The notes below the pieces were generated by a model that was not told the DNA's origin, did no database searches, and worked only from the letters and a program-made list of their open reading frames with translations. Source: Mobula hypostoma (lineage: Eukaryota). From it: a DNA stretch of 64,000 bases. The position numbers and the translations under genes were made by a program. The first letter of the stretch is position 1; each line of letters starts with the position of its first letter. Positions 62,648 to 64,000 of the stretch are shown piece by piece. The stretch covers positions 15,192,001-15,256,000 of the forward strand of contig NC_086109.1 in NCBI RefSeq assembly GCF_963921235.1. The letters run 5' to 3'.

Positions 62648-63614
62648 TATATTTGCACATATTGGGAATTTGCTGTGGTGTGTTGATGCAACATGTAGCT
62701 AAAAACAACATTCAACAATTATAAAGAATTATGTAAACATTAGAGTTTAAAGTACAAAAACGGAATAAAATATGCAAAATATATAAACACCAGCATGTAT
62801 TTTCAATGTAAATGACATTATTACAAGTGGTTTAAAGTGTACAGTTTAGTGATTGAGGTTATAGTTAGTGGTGGGGTGGGGTGTGGTAACTAGATTGATG
62901 TAGCTAATGATGTAGAATATTCCACAGATAATATATCAGCCTACAGTAAAGGTCTTGAGCTCCTGGTACTCCTGATCAGAACACCGTGCATGTTATAAAT
63001 AACTGCAATCCATAACTTATGCAGCAGCATTTTAGTTTAGGTGTTTTTATTCACAATATAATCTCTAAACCTGCTGCCTGATATGAACATTGTACAGTTC
63101 TCTGTGGACAAATACATAACTAGGAGGGAAACAGAAAGCCTCCTGTGTCTAGGGATAAGCCTCACTAATTTCCGAGATTTACATGGCATGATTAAATAGA
63201 CTTACTACAACCATCTTGTTAGTCACTCGAGTCAGCCAATGGATTGAAGAGTTCTTTTACACTAAGATTGTATGAGATACTGTCTTTGTCTTGACATTTG
63301 AGTTATGGTTCCCAGTTTAGTTCTAATTCTTGTAGAATGTGCAGGGTTTTTTTTCTCTCTGTCTAATGTTCTGACAAGATCTGTGAGCAATCAGAAGCTC
63401 CATCTCCAACTGCAGTGACAGGGTATATTGGTTGAGGTTGTATGGCTGTATCAGCTAAACACAGGCACATGTAACTGTGTAACATAGATGTAGAAGTATA
63501 AGGGAAGGGTAAATTCAGGTCAGATACTAGAGATATGGAAGACAAGTTTAGTTAGGAGTAGAAGATCCAAGATGAATGATTAGTTCCATCATCAGGGACG
63601 TTCATCGCTGTGAT

Positions 63615-63909
63615 ATTATTTTATTTATTTACTGATACAGCACAGTGTAGGCTCTCCTGGCCCTTCAAGCCTTGCCCAAAAAACCCAACCAACCCTATCC
63701 TAATCAAGTGACCATTTACAATGACCAATTAATCTACCCCGTACGTTTTTGGAGTGTGGGAGGAAACCGGAGGACCCAGGAAAAATCCACGCGCTCCTCG
63801 GGGAGGACGTACAGAGACCATTTACAGAATGGCGCTGGAATTGAACCCAGAACTCCAGGATGCCCGAGCTGTAATAGCGTCGCGCTAACTGCAATGCTAC
63901 CGTGACGCC
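63615..63909 (-). mobile_element. V-domain SINE (HE1-like)
   Basis: gtgggaggaaaccggaggacccaggaaaaatccacgc. Confidence 0.8.
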
Positions 63910-64000
63910 TGTTCCTTGTTTGTAGGAGGAAATTATGGCAGCCGCTTCATCTAGTTGAAGAGAAAAATCTGCAATTGCTGAAAATCTGAAATCAAAACAG

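Overview
Repeat-dense, AT-rich eukaryotic genomic DNA, intergenic or deep-intronic. The repeat complement (HER1-like CR1 LINEs, HE1/V-domain SINEs, Rex1, Penelope-like elements) points to a cartilaginous fish, probably a ray or skate; this is an inference. I found no host exon I can support, and every recognisable ORF is transposon-derived. Contents: one full-length but decayed CR1 nested in an older CR1, many CR1/Rex1/RTE fragments, Tc1 and hAT remnants, solo LTRs, several SINE families, and fossils of two restriction-like-endonuclease retrotransposon clades (HERO and R4/Dong). The most interesting signal is a GIY-YIG Penelope-like family whose 3' end carries a minimal type-I hammerhead ribozyme motif. 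About a dozen copies occur, as single copies, as head-to-head foldbacks, and as an exact 40-bp tandem array. Boundaries of old repeats are approximate, and family names come from motif recognition, not database searches.
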